Assembly: GCA_003693705.1 (NCBI GenBank)
Contig: RBZT01000525.1
Span: 1-64,000 of the forward strand
From: Polymyxa betae A26-41
Taxonomy: Eukaryota; Protista; Endomyxa: Phytomyxea
Length of the DNA: 64,000 bases
Reading direction: 5' to 3'
Part shown: positions 1 through 12,597 of the stretch, piece by piece
Numbering within the stretch: the first letter of the stretch is position 1
Layout: the number at the start of each line of letters is the position of its first letter
The notes under the pieces: model-generated
What the model saw: the letters and a program-made list of their open reading frames with translations, nothing else
Databases searched by the model: none
What the model was told of the DNA's origin: nothing
Made by a program: the position numbers and the translations under genes

Positions 1-620
1 AGGATGACAAGAAGGATGACAAAAAAGACGACAAGAAAGACGAAAAGAAAAAAGACGAAAAGAAAGACGACAAAAAGGATGACAAAAAGAAGGATGACAA
101 AAAGAAGGACGAGAAGAAGGATGACAAAAAGGATGACAAGAAAAAAGACGACAAGAAAGAAGACAAGAATGACGACAAGAAAAAAGACGACAAAAAGGAT
201 GAGAAGAAGAAAGATGAAAAGAAAGACGACAAGAAGGATGACAAAAAGGAGGATGAGAAAAAGAAGGACGAGAAGAAGGATGACAAAAAGGATGACAAGA
301 AAAAAGACGACAAGAAAGACGACAAGAAAGACGAGAAGAAAAAAGACGACAAAAAGGATGAGAAGAAGAAAGATGAAAAGAAAGACGACAAGAAGGATGA
401 CAAAAAGGAAGATGAGAAAAAGAAGGACGAGAAGAAGGATGACAAGAAGGATGACAAGAAGGATGACAAGAAGGATGACAAAAAGAAGGATGACAAAAAG
501 GATGACAAGAAGGATGACCAGAAAAAAGACGAAAAGAAGGACGTCACGAAGAAAGACGAAAAGAAGGAGGAGAAAAAGGAGGAAAAGAAAAAAGATGGAA
601 AGAAAGATGACAAAGAAGAC
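1..620 (+). repeat. Purine-rich coding minisatellite (DDKK/DEKK units) with a 159-nt higher-order repeat
   Basis: 12-15-nt units such as GATGACAAGAAG; the block starting at 186 recurs at 345 (period 159 nt = 53 codons). Confidence 0.9.
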
Positions 621-803
621 GAGACAGAAACTCCACCGCCAGAAAAGCCAAAACGGCACTTGCACATAAGACGTCGTATGCGTCCTAATCATCGTCGCCA
701 CCGCCGTCACGAGAAACCCGAAAGGCATCACTACCATGATCCCGAAGATTTTGATGACCATGACGATGATGACCATGACGATGATGACCACGATGATTAT
801 TGA
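3..803 (+). CDS. 3' part of a low-complexity Lys/Asp-repeat protein with a His/Asp-rich C-terminus (5' end outside window)
   Basis: Frame starting at nt 3 reads DDKKDDKKDDKKDEKKK... then ETPPPEKPKRHLHIRRRMRPNHRRHRRHEKPERHHYHDPEDFDDHDDDDHDDDDHDDY, TGA at 801-803, AATAAA just after. Synonymous third-position variation (GAT/GAC, AAA/AAG) favours this frame over the listed ORF 4..669. Confidence 0.75.
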   Translation, partial: DDKKDDKKDDKKDEKKKDEKKDDKKDDKKKDDKKKDEKKDDKKDDKKKDDKKEDKNDDKKKDDKKDEKKKDEKKDDKKDDKKEDEKKKDEKKDDKKDDKKKDDKKDDKKDEKKKDDKKDEKKKDEKKDDKKDDKKEDEKKKDEKKDDKKDDKKDDKKDDKKKDDKKDDKKDDQKKDEKKDVTKKDEKKEEKKEEKKKDGKKDDKEDETETPPPEKPKRHLHIRRRMRPNHRRHRRHEKPERHHYHDPEDFDDHDDDDHDDDDHDDY

Positions 804-1352
804 GCAATAAAATAGCTGAGGAAATTTGCACATGCAGCGTTGCGAAAACAATAAAGGAAGAAGGCATCATATAGCGAAGATTAAATATTTGAAGAGTCAT
901 CAGACTGTAACCTGACATCGACATGCTTTAGATGACAGGGAGTGCTTCGGTCTGCTCTTGGGCGAAAGAAAGAAACTGCATTTGTCCAGCAAGAACGCTG
1001 CCGTTGGAGACGCTGAGCGTAAGGATTTGAGTTATATGAATTAACGCTAAGTGCACTCTTCAATGACAGATAATGAACGGGAACGTTTTTATCGATTTAA
1101 AGGGACTATTTACCACAGGGCTTCAAGACACGATTACTGAGTGTAAAGTGGCTGCTTGATCTGACTGTTTGCAAGCCCAATGTCCTTGACCTCGCCCTCA
1201 GTGCCAGGCGGGCGCTACCTGCATCTTAATGTTCTTTAGCCACGCAAACGCAGTCTGCCAAACATCCAGCGCCCTGTAAGAGAGCTGAAGTTTGTGATGT
1301 GAGAAGGTTGCGTATAGTGGACTGACGCACATTCGGCAGATTGGCGATTTTG

Positions 1353-2465
1353 ATGGCTGGGCCCAGATCAGGGGTGTCATCTCTACGAGCAGTGTCGTCA
1401 TGGATCGCACGCCCATCGTACGCCAGCACCGGATTGCCACCGATCATGCGCCGTCCTGCCGCTCCAAAATCGCCTGACGAATATCATCGTCTCAAGTTAG
1501 ATTGCGACTTTCGAATTTAGTCGAGGATTTAACAAAATGTGGTTTAGAGAAGCGGGCCAGCTGGCGTCTGCTATGCGACGATATGCTGGAAGTCTCGTCG
1601 AGGTATGATCGGGTTTTCCTGAAATTTCACTTCTTTTAAACGCTTTGTGTGAATTCATACCCTTTTTCAGGCTGGAGTCACAACCGACGACCTGGACGCC
1701 GCGGTGCATGAAGAGATCGTTCGCCATGGGGCCTATCCAAGCCCGCTGAATTATGCTGGATTCCCGAAATCGATTTGTACATCTGTCAATTCTGTCCTAT
1801 GCCATGGCATACCCAATGAACACCCTCTCCAAGAGGGTGACCTATTAAAAATCGACGTTTCTGTCTTCTACAACGGGGTCCATGGCGATTGGTAACGGCC
1901 TGTTAGGCAGTATAATTGGTCCTTCATGGTGCCTGTAGCTGTGGGACGTTTATTGTTGGGAGAGGGTCAGAGGAAGCGATCAGGCTAGCCGAAGCAGTCC
2001 GACGGGCCTGTCAGGTTGGGGTTGAGGCTTGCGGCCCTGGCATAGACGTGGGGGAAATCGGAATAGCGATCGAGACTTTCGCATCTGCCGAAGGGTATAC
2101 TGTCTCAGAGACCTTTGTTGGTCATGGAATAGGGGTCGACTTGCATGAGCTCCCGCACATAATGCATTCAAAGTCGGCCATTGAATATGAGGGCGGTCGG
2201 CTTCAGCCAGGCATGGTATATTGTTTATCAAGCCTACTTTGTGGTATGTGATTTGTGGCGCAGGTGTTCACAATCGAGCCGATTTTAGTCAACGGTCGTG
2301 AAGCTGATCATGTTGTTCTGGATGACGGATGGACGGCGCGTTCCACCGGCGATTATCTCGCTGCACAACACGAGGTTTGTGCCGAAAAGTGACCTCGATT
2401 TGAATTGATGAACTTTACAGGAGATGGTCGGCATTACGGAAGATGGGTACGAAATTCTAACCTAG
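1353..2465 (+). CDS. Methionine aminopeptidase type 1 (organellar/MAP1D-like), multi-exon
   Basis: Motifs RPSYASTG, GAYPSPLNYAGFPKSICTSVNSVLCHGIP, IDVSVFYNGVHGD, GHGIG, FTIEP, AQHE; exons joined by GT-AG introns; TAG at 2463-2465. Confidence 0.9.
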
Positions 2466-2624
2466 GTCCTGGTCGCTCTGCCTTCATCGTCATTCTGTAA
2501 ACAAAATGTAGAGATGGTTTCTGTACGTGTGTGTTGGGTAGAATCGCTCTCCGATCGTTCTTTTTAACAAGGTTAACCGCCTTTAGTACGGGTCGCGTTT
2601 CCCATCGATCGGCCCAGACCAAAT

Positions 2625-3425
2625 ATGACCACCTTACAGCTGCACCAAAAGCAGCTGGAGGATGTGCTGGCCCATCCTCGGCGCGGCTACTACAAAGCTT
2701 TGATTGGCAAAGGCGGTGCCTGCTCAAGCTTGGCCAAGCCGAAGCAGCGCGCTCAGCCACAGCCTCCGAAGCGCCGTTCGCTGCGCCGTGTTCCGAACCA
2801 GGCGCCAACCGAATTTCGTCGCTTTTATGATCGCGGGGACCTACCGCTGCAGGTTTCGTTTGATGGTGCTACTCGGAAGGTGCTGTGGAAGGTGAAGGAC
2901 ATCGAGAAGCTTGATTACCATCACTACCTTCCGATCTTCTTCGACGGCTTGCGTGAAACCCAGGAGCCGTACACGTTTCTGGCTCTACAAGGCACCAAAG
3001 ATCTGTTGTCGAAAGGTGGCAGCAAGATATTGCCGGTCATTCCGCAGCTCATCATTCCCATCAAGACAGCCCTGAATACTCGTGACAAAGAGATTATGTG
3101 CCGTATCATTGGGGTCCTCCAGCAGCTGGTGACCTCGGCGGCCATGGTTGGACAGGTTAGTTGGAGTATCATGAATGTTTTGGTCTCTTCTTAAGTGGTG
3201 CAGGCGCTTGTACCATATTATCGTCAGATCTTGCCTGTGTTCAACATTTTCAAAGATCGTAATCGTGGCAATAGCGACCAGATGGATTATGGCCAAAGAA
3301 ATCATAATAATGTTAGCGATCTGATTGAAGACACTCTGGAATTGTTTGAGATGCATGGCGGCGACGACGCTTTCATCAACATTAAGTACATGATCCCTAC
3401 CTACGAATCACACGTCCTTATCTAG
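2625..3425 (+). CDS. PACRG: Parkin co-regulated protein (axonemal inner-junction protein)
   Basis: [80 protein letters not shown]; one intron near 3156-3196. Confidence 0.97.
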
Positions 3426-4681
3426 TTTTCGGAACCGGCATCCGGATCACGCCATCATTGTAATGAAGACTTATAGTTCATATTCACGTTTTTCCCGACT
3501 CGAAACTTTGACAGCCAGAGACTTCAATAGAATACTCTTGCTGGGTCAATGGTCAACTAAGTTGGTATGCGAATAATGCACAATAGTAGGTTTGCGAAGT
3601 ATCATACTGAAGAATCAATCAGTGCAATTGAAATCAAAGAAGCACCTTAAAACTAAAAGATAGACTTTGCATATCGCGTATATGTACTTAAGACAGCAAT
3701 GGTTACTGAGTCTAATACTATAGTACGTGTCTTCAACGCCCGGCCGCATTTCGTCAGCGATAGGCGTTGTTCGATGCAAACGAGGACTCGATTGATTGAA
3801 CCGGTTGGACCATTGTGCTGTAACCGGCAATTGTGAGGTTGGCTACTGTTTGTCGCCAAAGCTCCGAATTTCTGGGCTTTGCTGATTTCTGAAAGGTGAT
3901 ATACCGAATATCCATTCAACTAGGATAAGCAATATGATGCGTTTTTCGTATCTCCAGTCCAGTGCAGTAGTTTCAAACGTGAGCCATAGACAATTTGAAA
4001 CGGATATGCTAGGTCCGAACAATCCCTGGATTTCATGGATTAGCGCCATAACTGCAAGAATGAGAATCGCTGCGATCAGGTTAGGATGGAAAGAAATTTC
4101 GACTGTAAACTTGTTGCTTGGCTGTATTACGACATTGGCAAATGTCGTTGATAATCACTACGGTTGAAAATTGAGAATTCTGTCAATGCTGCTCGATTTG
4201 TCATCGGTTTCAAGCAAAGCCTGCCTAGTGCCCATGTCGCAATCAAAAAAGCACTCCAGTAGTACGTCGAAGTGATAACGCTATAAACTGACCAGAACTG
4301 AATTAGAACCAACTACAGGAAGCATATACACATCAATTCCGTTTGACAAAATTCACAGATGCAATTCCCATGGCCAGCAATTGAATGCTGAATGATGCAT
4401 CAGGAGATGATTATCTCATGATTGCAGTTGGGTCAAGACACCTAACAAAAAAATACTCCAAAGCGCAAAACTAAATTAAAGGCTGCTCTAACCTGTCACA
4501 CGTGCAGATCGAATGGAATGATCCGTAGCTGGAAAAGCTACCTCGGAATGTTCCAAAGGCCTTTTGCCTTCCTAGGAAGGTTCCCATGTCGGAATCGCCC
4601 GTCCCGACTCCGGTTGGTTCCTCTTCTTCATTCTTCAATAAATCGCTTTTGCGCGCACACCGAGTCGATATTTAGAGTGAA

Positions 4682-6163
4682 ATGTCGTCTGCTGAAGCCG
4701 ACCAGATTGACATCTCCGGGGATGGCGGTATCCTCAAACAAATCCTTGTTGAAGGTACCGGCGAATCAACTCCCCCTCTCAACTCCAAAGTTTCTGTTCA
4801 CTACACTGGTACCTTGCTTGACGGAACCAAGTTCGATTCCAGCGTCGATCGCGGCACTCCTTTCGACTTTACCATTGGCAAGGGACAAGTCATCAAGGCA
4901 TGGGACCAAGGTGTCGCCACTATGAAGAAAGGAGAAAAAGCCATTCTGACTTGCGCTCCTAAATACGCTTATGGAGGGAGCGGCTCGCCACCCAAGATCC
5001 CTGCTAATGCAACTCTGAAGTTCGAGGTTTGTCTGTTTATGAACGCTCATGTGATCGATTGTGAGAGTTTTTGCTAGGTCGAACTATTAGATTGGAATGA
5101 CATGACTGACGTCAACTCTGACGGCTCGGTCAAAAAGAAGATGACGAAGTCGGCTGAGGCTGGTGATTACAAATCGCCCAATGATTATTCCACTTGTGAA
5201 GTCTCATATAGCCTCAAGCATGGAGATAAGGTTGTGCTAGAAAAGTCGAAGGTAAGATTGTTCAACATGATTTCGCTTAAAGACTTTTGCTAATGTCGAT
5301 TTTCAGGCTTCGGTTGAGATAGGTCTTGATGCTTCAATTCCTCAAGGCTTAGAGGATGTTATTAAATCATTAAAAGCTGGTGAAATCTGCGAAGTGGAAA
5401 TCGCTCCTTCGCACGGCTATGGCTTGGATGGTGCAGCATCGCTCGGAATCCCACCGAATGCTACTTTGACGGGTACCGTAGAGCTTCACTCTTTCCAGAA
5501 AGGGGCTGATAAATGGGCAATGAAACAACCTGAGAAAATCAGCTATGCCGAAAAAAGAAAGAACGTATGTATTATTCATTTGCGATCTTCCCGGATGCTA
5601 AGTCTTCTGTTCAGATTGGGAATGATCTGTTCAAGGCTGGGAATTTTTTGAGAGCACTGAAATTCTACCAAGCTGCGCTTTCGCATATTGAATACGAAAG
5701 CGATCTTTCTGCTGAAGGCAAACAGGCTCTTGCTACGATTCATAGCAACATCGCCGCTGTTCACGTGAAAATGAACCAGTTTGCTGATGCCAAAAAGTCT
5801 TGCGATTCGGCTTTGAAGCAAGATCAAAACAATGTTAAGGCATTGTTCCGACGGGCTCAGGCTGAAGTTGGCTTGGGCGCTCCTGAAGATGCTATCTCTG
5901 ACCTGAAGAAGGCGCTCCAGTTGGAACCAAGCAATGCTGCTGTTAAGTCGCTGCTAGTTAAATGCAAGGGATCTTTGAAGGCCAATCGGGAGAAACAAAA
6001 AAGCGCTTTTGGCGGAATCTTTGAACGTTTAGCCAAAGTTGAAGAGAAGGAAGCCGCTTCTTCGAAGTCAGAAGAACGTTCTGAGAGTGGGGAGCCAGTG
6101 TTCGCCGAAACCAAATCTGAAGACCGAATGGAAACTGAATCTATTCCAGTCAGCAGTGCATAA
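4682..6163 (+). CDS. FKBP-type peptidyl-prolyl isomerase with two FKBP domains and TPRs (FKBP52/ROF1-like Hsp90 co-chaperone)
   Basis: [69 protein letters not shown], a second degenerate FKBP domain, and [14 protein letters not shown]; 3 introns. Confidence 0.93.
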
Positions 6164-6300
6164 ATATAGCAATTCAAATGATGAATAGATTTATTACATG
6201 GTTAATTATGAGTTGAACATTTCCCAGTGGCTGATATTATGGATTTGCTATACACTGGATGGAAATTGTACCCAGCACATATTGTACACTAAATATAGCA

Positions 6301-7325
6301 TCAATCCGATCCAACTTTTAACAGCTTGAATACGGCTAACCCAAAACAGTTATTAGAAAGCCTTCGCAGACAAAAAAACATACCGCTTCTGCAAATTGGA
6401 CATTTAGCGGTTTGCACTCTCAGAATATCGGCACATTGGGAGCATACGACACAATGCTTGCAAGGTAGCAAAGCTGTATTTCTAGGCGCCGACATACAGA
6501 TAACACACTCAGCACTTTCAAGCCCGTATATCTCTTCAATCTCGAATGAACGCCCTCCAACATCTACAATTTGCTTCATGACCTACAGTTCAAATTTAAT
6601 ATATGATAAAGCAGAAATAATAAGCCAACCTTCACAAAATGTGAATCTCCTTTCTTAATAAAGGTGCAATACGATGTCTGCGATTTAACAGCAGAAGCAT
6701 TCTTTGAGGCATAAATATCTTCAACAGCCAGGCGAATCGCTAACGGAAATGACTTTGAATAAGGGATGTACATAAGAGATGAAGGGGGTAGTATAGATAA
6801 GTCAAAAATTTCTTGCGTTTGAAAAGTCTGATTTAGGCCAGCACCAAAACGGCCAACAGACGGCGATCGCTGAATGCCCAAAACCAAATTGGGCAGTCGT
6901 AATTGTTCTCCTTCACCGTCGTCGACTGCTGCAAAATATACAGACACCACGCAGGGGACGAGAGCATCGAAGCTTAATGAAATAAAGAAGCAGGATGGCG
7001 AACCAGCAGAGACAAGCCGAACCGACGCTTTCCGAAGATTGACATCATTACGAATACGCCTGGCATTGGTCTCTATTGGGGGCGGCGGAATCCCATCAAC
7101 CTTCAGGGCAATTATTCTCGGCAGTGCAACGATAATAACCCCTTATACCTTCATCCTGGGCATCTGAAAAGGCAATAGTGACAAATCAGGGCGAATGCCT
7201 CGTGCAATCATATCCCGAATCTGTTCGACAGATAGCTGAGACTGAGCTGCTGGCTCTGAATAATCATCTCGCTCTGGCTCGCTTTCAGACCTTGAGCGAC
7301 CGAGCGACGAAACAGAACCGCCCAT
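6301..7325 (-). CDS. N-myristoylated RING E3 ubiquitin ligase, MGRN1/RNF157/LOG2 family
   Basis: MGGSVSS N-terminus, IRNDVNLRK...FDA, QTSYCTF, EIYG followed by C3HC5-like RING ECVICMSAPRNTALLPCKHCVVCSQCADILRVQTAKCPICR. Confidence 0.88.
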
Positions 7326-8025
7326 AGCAAGCTTTTTGCTCTACCTAAAGATACTTAGGAAAATGCGCCGATGCAGTTTTTTTTTCACAAATTAAGACGG
7401 AAGGCTTGTATCATGAAGTTTGGAACTTTCATAAAAAAATGGTAGATACCGTACAAGCACTGTATAACCACTAGGAGGTATACAGTATACATCTGTGACT
7501 TTTTTTCAAAAATCATGACAAAATAAATTGTAATCATTCTGGAAATCTGGTCGCGTTTTATTTAGGGCATGTCAGCGAGCGAACACCCAACGTCCGCTTC
7601 TGAATTGCTTGCCGAGGGTATAACGGCTTGACGCTCGAGTATTCCTAGCCGTGAGGCCTCAGCATTAAATTTCTTATTGGATTAGTCGATGCCGATGGTC
7701 CAGCCTGAACCTTCATGAGCGTGAGCGTCGCTTTTAAAAAATATGAGCGTCGGATTGAAGAGTAGTGGGAGGATAAAGCACAGTCGAATTCCGACACCAA
7801 AACCCTATCTTCTGCTACAAAATGGCTCGACTATAATGCCCGCTCGAGGTGCTTTTTCCTTACTGTAACGTCAGCGTCCTCATACAATATCGACATGCCT
7901 GGCCCATTGCACATGGGATGTAACGCTAGTACAAGTCATGGTGGGGCACTCGCTTTCAAGCTCTCATTCCCCTTTGCCTGCTTTGCCATTTGAACCAAAG
8001 TATTGCTCCGTCGTCGACAGCTACT

Positions 8026-9607
8026 ATGACAGCGATGGAAGCCGAAGTTGAGCGCGAGGTGGACATAGACGAGACCGAAGAACGTTCATCAGAAGTTCTC
8101 GTTGAAGAGCTTCAAAAAATGGGAATCAATGTCGCGGTATGTTACGAACCTTGAGCCCTGCTTGGCTTATCCTTTTTTCGAGTTTGGGTTTTATATTAAT
8201 TCATTCTCTTTAGGATATAAAGAAACTCAGAGAGGCTAGCTTGACAACGGTATCTGCCATACTGATGACGACTCGAAGAGACTTGATGAACATTAAAGGA
8301 TTTTCTGAGGCGAAAGTCCAAAAACTTATAGATTGCGGTAAGCCAACAGTCGTAGCTGAAGCTCTTATCAAGTCATTACGTATAGCTGCAAAGCTGGTGC
8401 CATCATTTGGAGGATTCCAGACAGGATCCGAATTTCTTATTCATCGTCGAGATGTTAGAAAGCTGTCTACAGGCTGCATTGCACTAAATGAGATTCTTGG
8501 TCGGTCTATGATCATATATCTCCTTAATTACCTAAATGAGATTCAGGTGGTGGCATTGAAAGCATGAGTATCACCGGTAAGCGACTGTTTGAAATCAACG
8601 CAACCCTAACACTTGAGTAGAAGTGTTCGGCGAGTTTCGAACTGGAAAGGTATCATCATGACGCGCTTCAAAACACGATGTTAATCGCATATATAAAGAC
8701 GATGCTTTGTCACACGCTTGCTGTTACAGCACAATTGCCAATATCAAGCGGGGGCGGTGCTGGAAAAGTAAACCCAGATCAATGCTCTCAAACGACGGAT
8801 TTAAATGTGTGGTCAGGTGGTATATGTCGATACCGAAGGAACATTTCGACCCAATCGAATCCAAGTCTGGCCTGCTCAGACTTATTCAGTCTTTCTAATG
8901 AACTTGGTTAGGCCATAGCAGAACGATTAGGGCTAGATAAGGATGAAGTGCTTGATAACATTTTGGTTGCACGTGTCTACACAACCGATGCTCAGGTGCG
9001 TTGCCTTATCTATATCTATGGGTATTTATGCTGGATGAAGGTTGAAGTACTCAAAGGAGTTGCAATAAAGATGTCAGAGGAGCATTTTGCTTTACTGATT
9101 GTGGATTCTGCAATGGCTCTATTTCGTGTCGATTTCTCAGGCCGGGGCCAGGTCAATACAACTGCTTGCTAAACAATATTGGAATGACGAATCTTCAGCT
9201 ATCTGAAAGGCAGCAAAAGCTCGGATTATTTATGTCTCACCTTCGTAAACTAGCCGATCAGTTCAACGTCGCTGTTTTGATTACTAATCAGGTCTGTGCT
9301 ACGAGAAGTGAAATTGAAACTTCAGAAAGTTCCACTAAACCCTTTCAGGTCATGTCCGATCCTTCTGGAGGAATGACGTTTGTTGCTGATCCAAAGAAAC
9401 CTGTGGGAGGGCATGTCATGGCACATGCATCGACAACTCGCTTATATCTGCGAAAAGGCAGAGGAGAGCAGAGAATGTAAGATAGCTTTTCAATAGTAAA
9501 TCATACTAATGCCCGTTAGCTGCAAGATATATGATTCTCCTGATCTACCAGAAGTAGAGGCCACTTATCAGTTAACTGATGGTGGCATTGGGGATGCCAC
9601 AGATTAA
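8026..9607 (+). CDS. DMC1: Meiotic recombinase DMC1 (12 exons)
   Basis: [95 protein letters not shown]; DMC1-type rather than RAD51-type residues; 11 GT-AG introns traced. Confidence 0.93.
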
Positions 9608-9930
9608 ATATCATTTCGATGAACACACCGCACACAATATGTTTGCAAACCATATAAAACAGTTATTTTACTTTAGGAATCCAAACATGGCATGTCGGAT
9701 ATAGATTTCTTGAAAAATGGAGAATTGATTTTGATGAACTTGTGTATGCGGGAATGAACACCTCCAGTCTTTGGTTGATCGATAGAAGCTATAGCTAGAG
9801 TATATGATTGAAAGTAATGCTAAATCCCAGGACAATAATTCTTTAAGCATCTTCCCGATAGCTCAGCAACTCTACAGCTCTGAAGATTTATTGCAAGCAA
9901 AAGCTAATTCCCAGCGTGCGAGGACTACGA

Positions 9931-10975
9931 TCATGGTGTGCATTCAGCAGGCAGAGGCGGTTGAACGCGCGGCAATCGGGCATGCCTGCCTAGTAGCTGT
10001 TCACCTATTTCAATTCGATTCTGGAAGATATCGTTCCGAAGCTGCAAAACTTTCTTGCGATTGACATTTTGTAAAATTTCGGCTCGAAGAAGAGATAGGC
10101 TATGGGACACCCCAACATCTTTCAGCGAGCTAAGAAAAACAAACCATTAAAGAAGCAAAGCAAGATCCATTTCTGTTGGTTCCTGGCTCACCTTGCTTCA
10201 TAATAAAATGCGTTTAACTTCTCTGCGAAGGCGTTCCCCTTTTTGATTGTCATGCTTTCAGGAACGACATACTTCAGATCACATTTATTCCCAACAATGA
10301 TTTTGGAGATAGGCTGATGCTTCTCGATACCTAGCATCCAGACAGTAAGATCTGCAAACGTGATTGGATTCGACACTACAGGGGCATTGTGAGCAACAGA
10401 TCAGAAGAGAGCAATCATCTTTACCATCCGCAATGTAGACGATTCCAGCAACAGCCGATGCTAGGGAACAGGATAGTTCAAGCGTATCCTGATCGCCAGG
10501 AACATCCCAATACGTCACCTTGATGCGGTATTCGCCAGCTTCGCCACCATCTTCGTCATCTTCATCTTCAAATTCGCCCAAGATCCTCAACGATTCTTTA
10601 TAGAAACAAGACTACCATGATGTCAAAACCAAGCCAGATCGCTACAACATTTACCGTGAAGTGAATTCCAGGAAAGCTGGCGGGTGACGACTCCAAAACA
10701 GCATTCGAATCTTTTCGCAGCTGCGCCTGTATCTCAGCTGCATTGTTCATCAATCAAATTGCGAACATGTAGTCCCGATGTTCCCGACATTTCAGAAAGC
10801 TTGTCTTTCCCACGCCGACGTTGCCGACGATCGCGACATGGAAATGCAAATCGAAAGCAGCGCGAGGGTCATTTTCGATAGGTCGCGTGAAAAGCGACGA
10901 CTTGGACCGGCTGGCTACCGTACTGGCCCGACGCGATGTCGACGACGTTGTCTCACTGGAATTGGAGCTGGGCAT
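9931..10975 (-). CDS. Atypical Rab-like small GTPase
   Basis: G1 GNVGVGKTS, G3 WDVPGDQ, G4 GNKCD, G5 YEAS; 4 introns; C-terminus ...PPLPAECTP*. Confidence 0.75.
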
Positions 10976-11132
10976 TTTTTTCTTTTGACAAAAAAAGTTA
11001 GCTCGAGCAACTGTACCCGGCCGTGCTATAATGTAAAATCGTACTGATCTTGACCTTAGAAAACATGTTTTGAAAATCATAAGTGTAATGTTTAAGATAT
11101 CTGTTGGCGATCAGAAATGACGACGGACTCAA

Positions 11133-11710
11133 TCACGATCGGGTCTGCTGAACTTCTTTCTTGGATTTCTGAACATACCAAGCCGCCTTTCGGGTGAAAT
11201 GATACAGCTGGACGACCTCATTCGAAGCATGGCATGCTAGACGAATTTCAGTCAGAATTGATCCAAAGCGTCCACTGTTTCCTACCAAGCAACAAATAAT
11301 TCCTCGGTTTTACCATCCAAGCAAACCTAACCAATTTCTATTCATTTCAATTCATAAAGCCCTGCATCTGTTCCTGACCGCATAAATAGGCCACTATAGA
11401 TGCATAAAGCTGCACAGAAAATGAGATTAGCTCAACGATGGGCGAAAAGCCAACCTGTGGTCATGGGGCCTGATACGGCCGATGCAGGTTTATTCCAATC
11501 AGCGATGCCCTATATGACTAGAATTCAGACGCCATGATCACGATCGATGATGATTCCCAACCGCAATGACAAAGCCCCAATTGGCCGCCTAATTGGTAAT
11601 CAGAGCGGGTCGAGATCAGCGTCGATGGGCTTTACAGGTCCCCAGAAATGGGTGGTCTTGAGCCCTTGCGGGTGATCCCAAAGGACCTTAAGACGCGCCG
11701 CCAACTTCAT
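11133..11710 (-). CDS. MPC1: Mitochondrial pyruvate carrier 1-like, many short exons
   Basis: WDHPQGLKTTHFWGP / AANWGFVIA / ALCIYS / PRNYLLL / ACHASNEVVQL motifs of the MPC family across exons. Confidence 0.85.
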
Positions 11711-12597
11711 CCGATCGCAAACTGGAAGTTCGGGGCGTCGGGACTTTGTCAAGCTCCGAAATAGCAAACTACTTAATATCGGCTGCGAATTATCGACGGA
11801 GAGAAAATCTTCTTGCAAAACCTCTGTTTCTTATGCCTGTCCAAACCTGCTCATTCAGCTCTTCAAAACATGGCAATCGCGTGTGGCATCTCTTGTCGTT
11901 GGAAGCAATTGGGAAGCCTATTACTCCTATGCGCATATGCTGCCCAATTGGTGCCCAAACTCAGAAGAAGACAGATGACAGAAGACATCCAGATTTCTTA
12001 AGAATGGGGTCGTTGAAGGAACCTCTCAAAAGTGATAGTTGGATTCGCAATAACAGAGCGGTGCCAAACACTTCTTTTTTCGATGCATCTTGGCTGTTTG
12101 CCAACCTACAGTAGAAAATCGAAAATGCAGTCGCGTTTGCCAATAACGCTGCAATAATAAGTTTAGAAGTAGAAACACTCCGGTAGCCATATGCATGAGA
12201 TAGCAATTAAGCGCATTTGTCACTTTGGTAAATTCCTATTCGTCGCCAAACGAAGCCAAAGTGCTTTCCAAATTTGATAGACTCTCTAACTGAAGCATAC
12301 TGTTGCTTGTTTTGCGATCATGCATCCAAAACTATGCAGCTCGAGCGACATTGATTCTCGAACCGAATCTTCCTGGAAGACCTTTTGTGAACTGAAAATA
12401 TCCATGCAAGCAGGATATAGAAAGCGAATCTGCCGGCTTGAAAATGCCACGCTTGCCTCATTGCAACAGAATCCTTCAAATTCCGAGTGTCATCATTCGG
12501 TTTCTCGGTCGACCGCATCATAGGATAAATAGTAATACATAGAGTTTATAGTCTGAATAAAAAGAGAGCAATTATTTAAGCGCAGCTAAGACGGCTT

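Noticed and set aside
1-620. Repeat array as a CRISPR-like locus
   Set aside because: No unique spacers, coding periodicity, eukaryotic context, no cas genes.
4-669. Listed 221-aa T/R/K/M-rich ORF as a protamine-like protein
   Set aside because: Shadow frame of the DDKK repeat; synonymous variation and the coherent C-terminus support the frame starting at nt 3.
3560-4420. Hydrophobic minus-strand ORF fragments as a membrane-protein gene
   Set aside because: Could not build a consistent spliced model or recognise a family.
7903-7917. CCCATTGCACATGGG resembling the U1 snRNA stem-loop II
   Set aside because: No ATACTTACCTG 5' end, no stem-loop I or Sm site; loop geometry is wrong.
8602-8611. 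CAACCCTAAC as a telomerase template
   Set aside because: Lies in a short DMC1 intron and is explained as a CTAAC branch point.
11746-12523. Short Cys-containing ORFs between MPC1 and the zf-4CXXC gene
   Set aside because: No coherent exon chain or recognisable motif.
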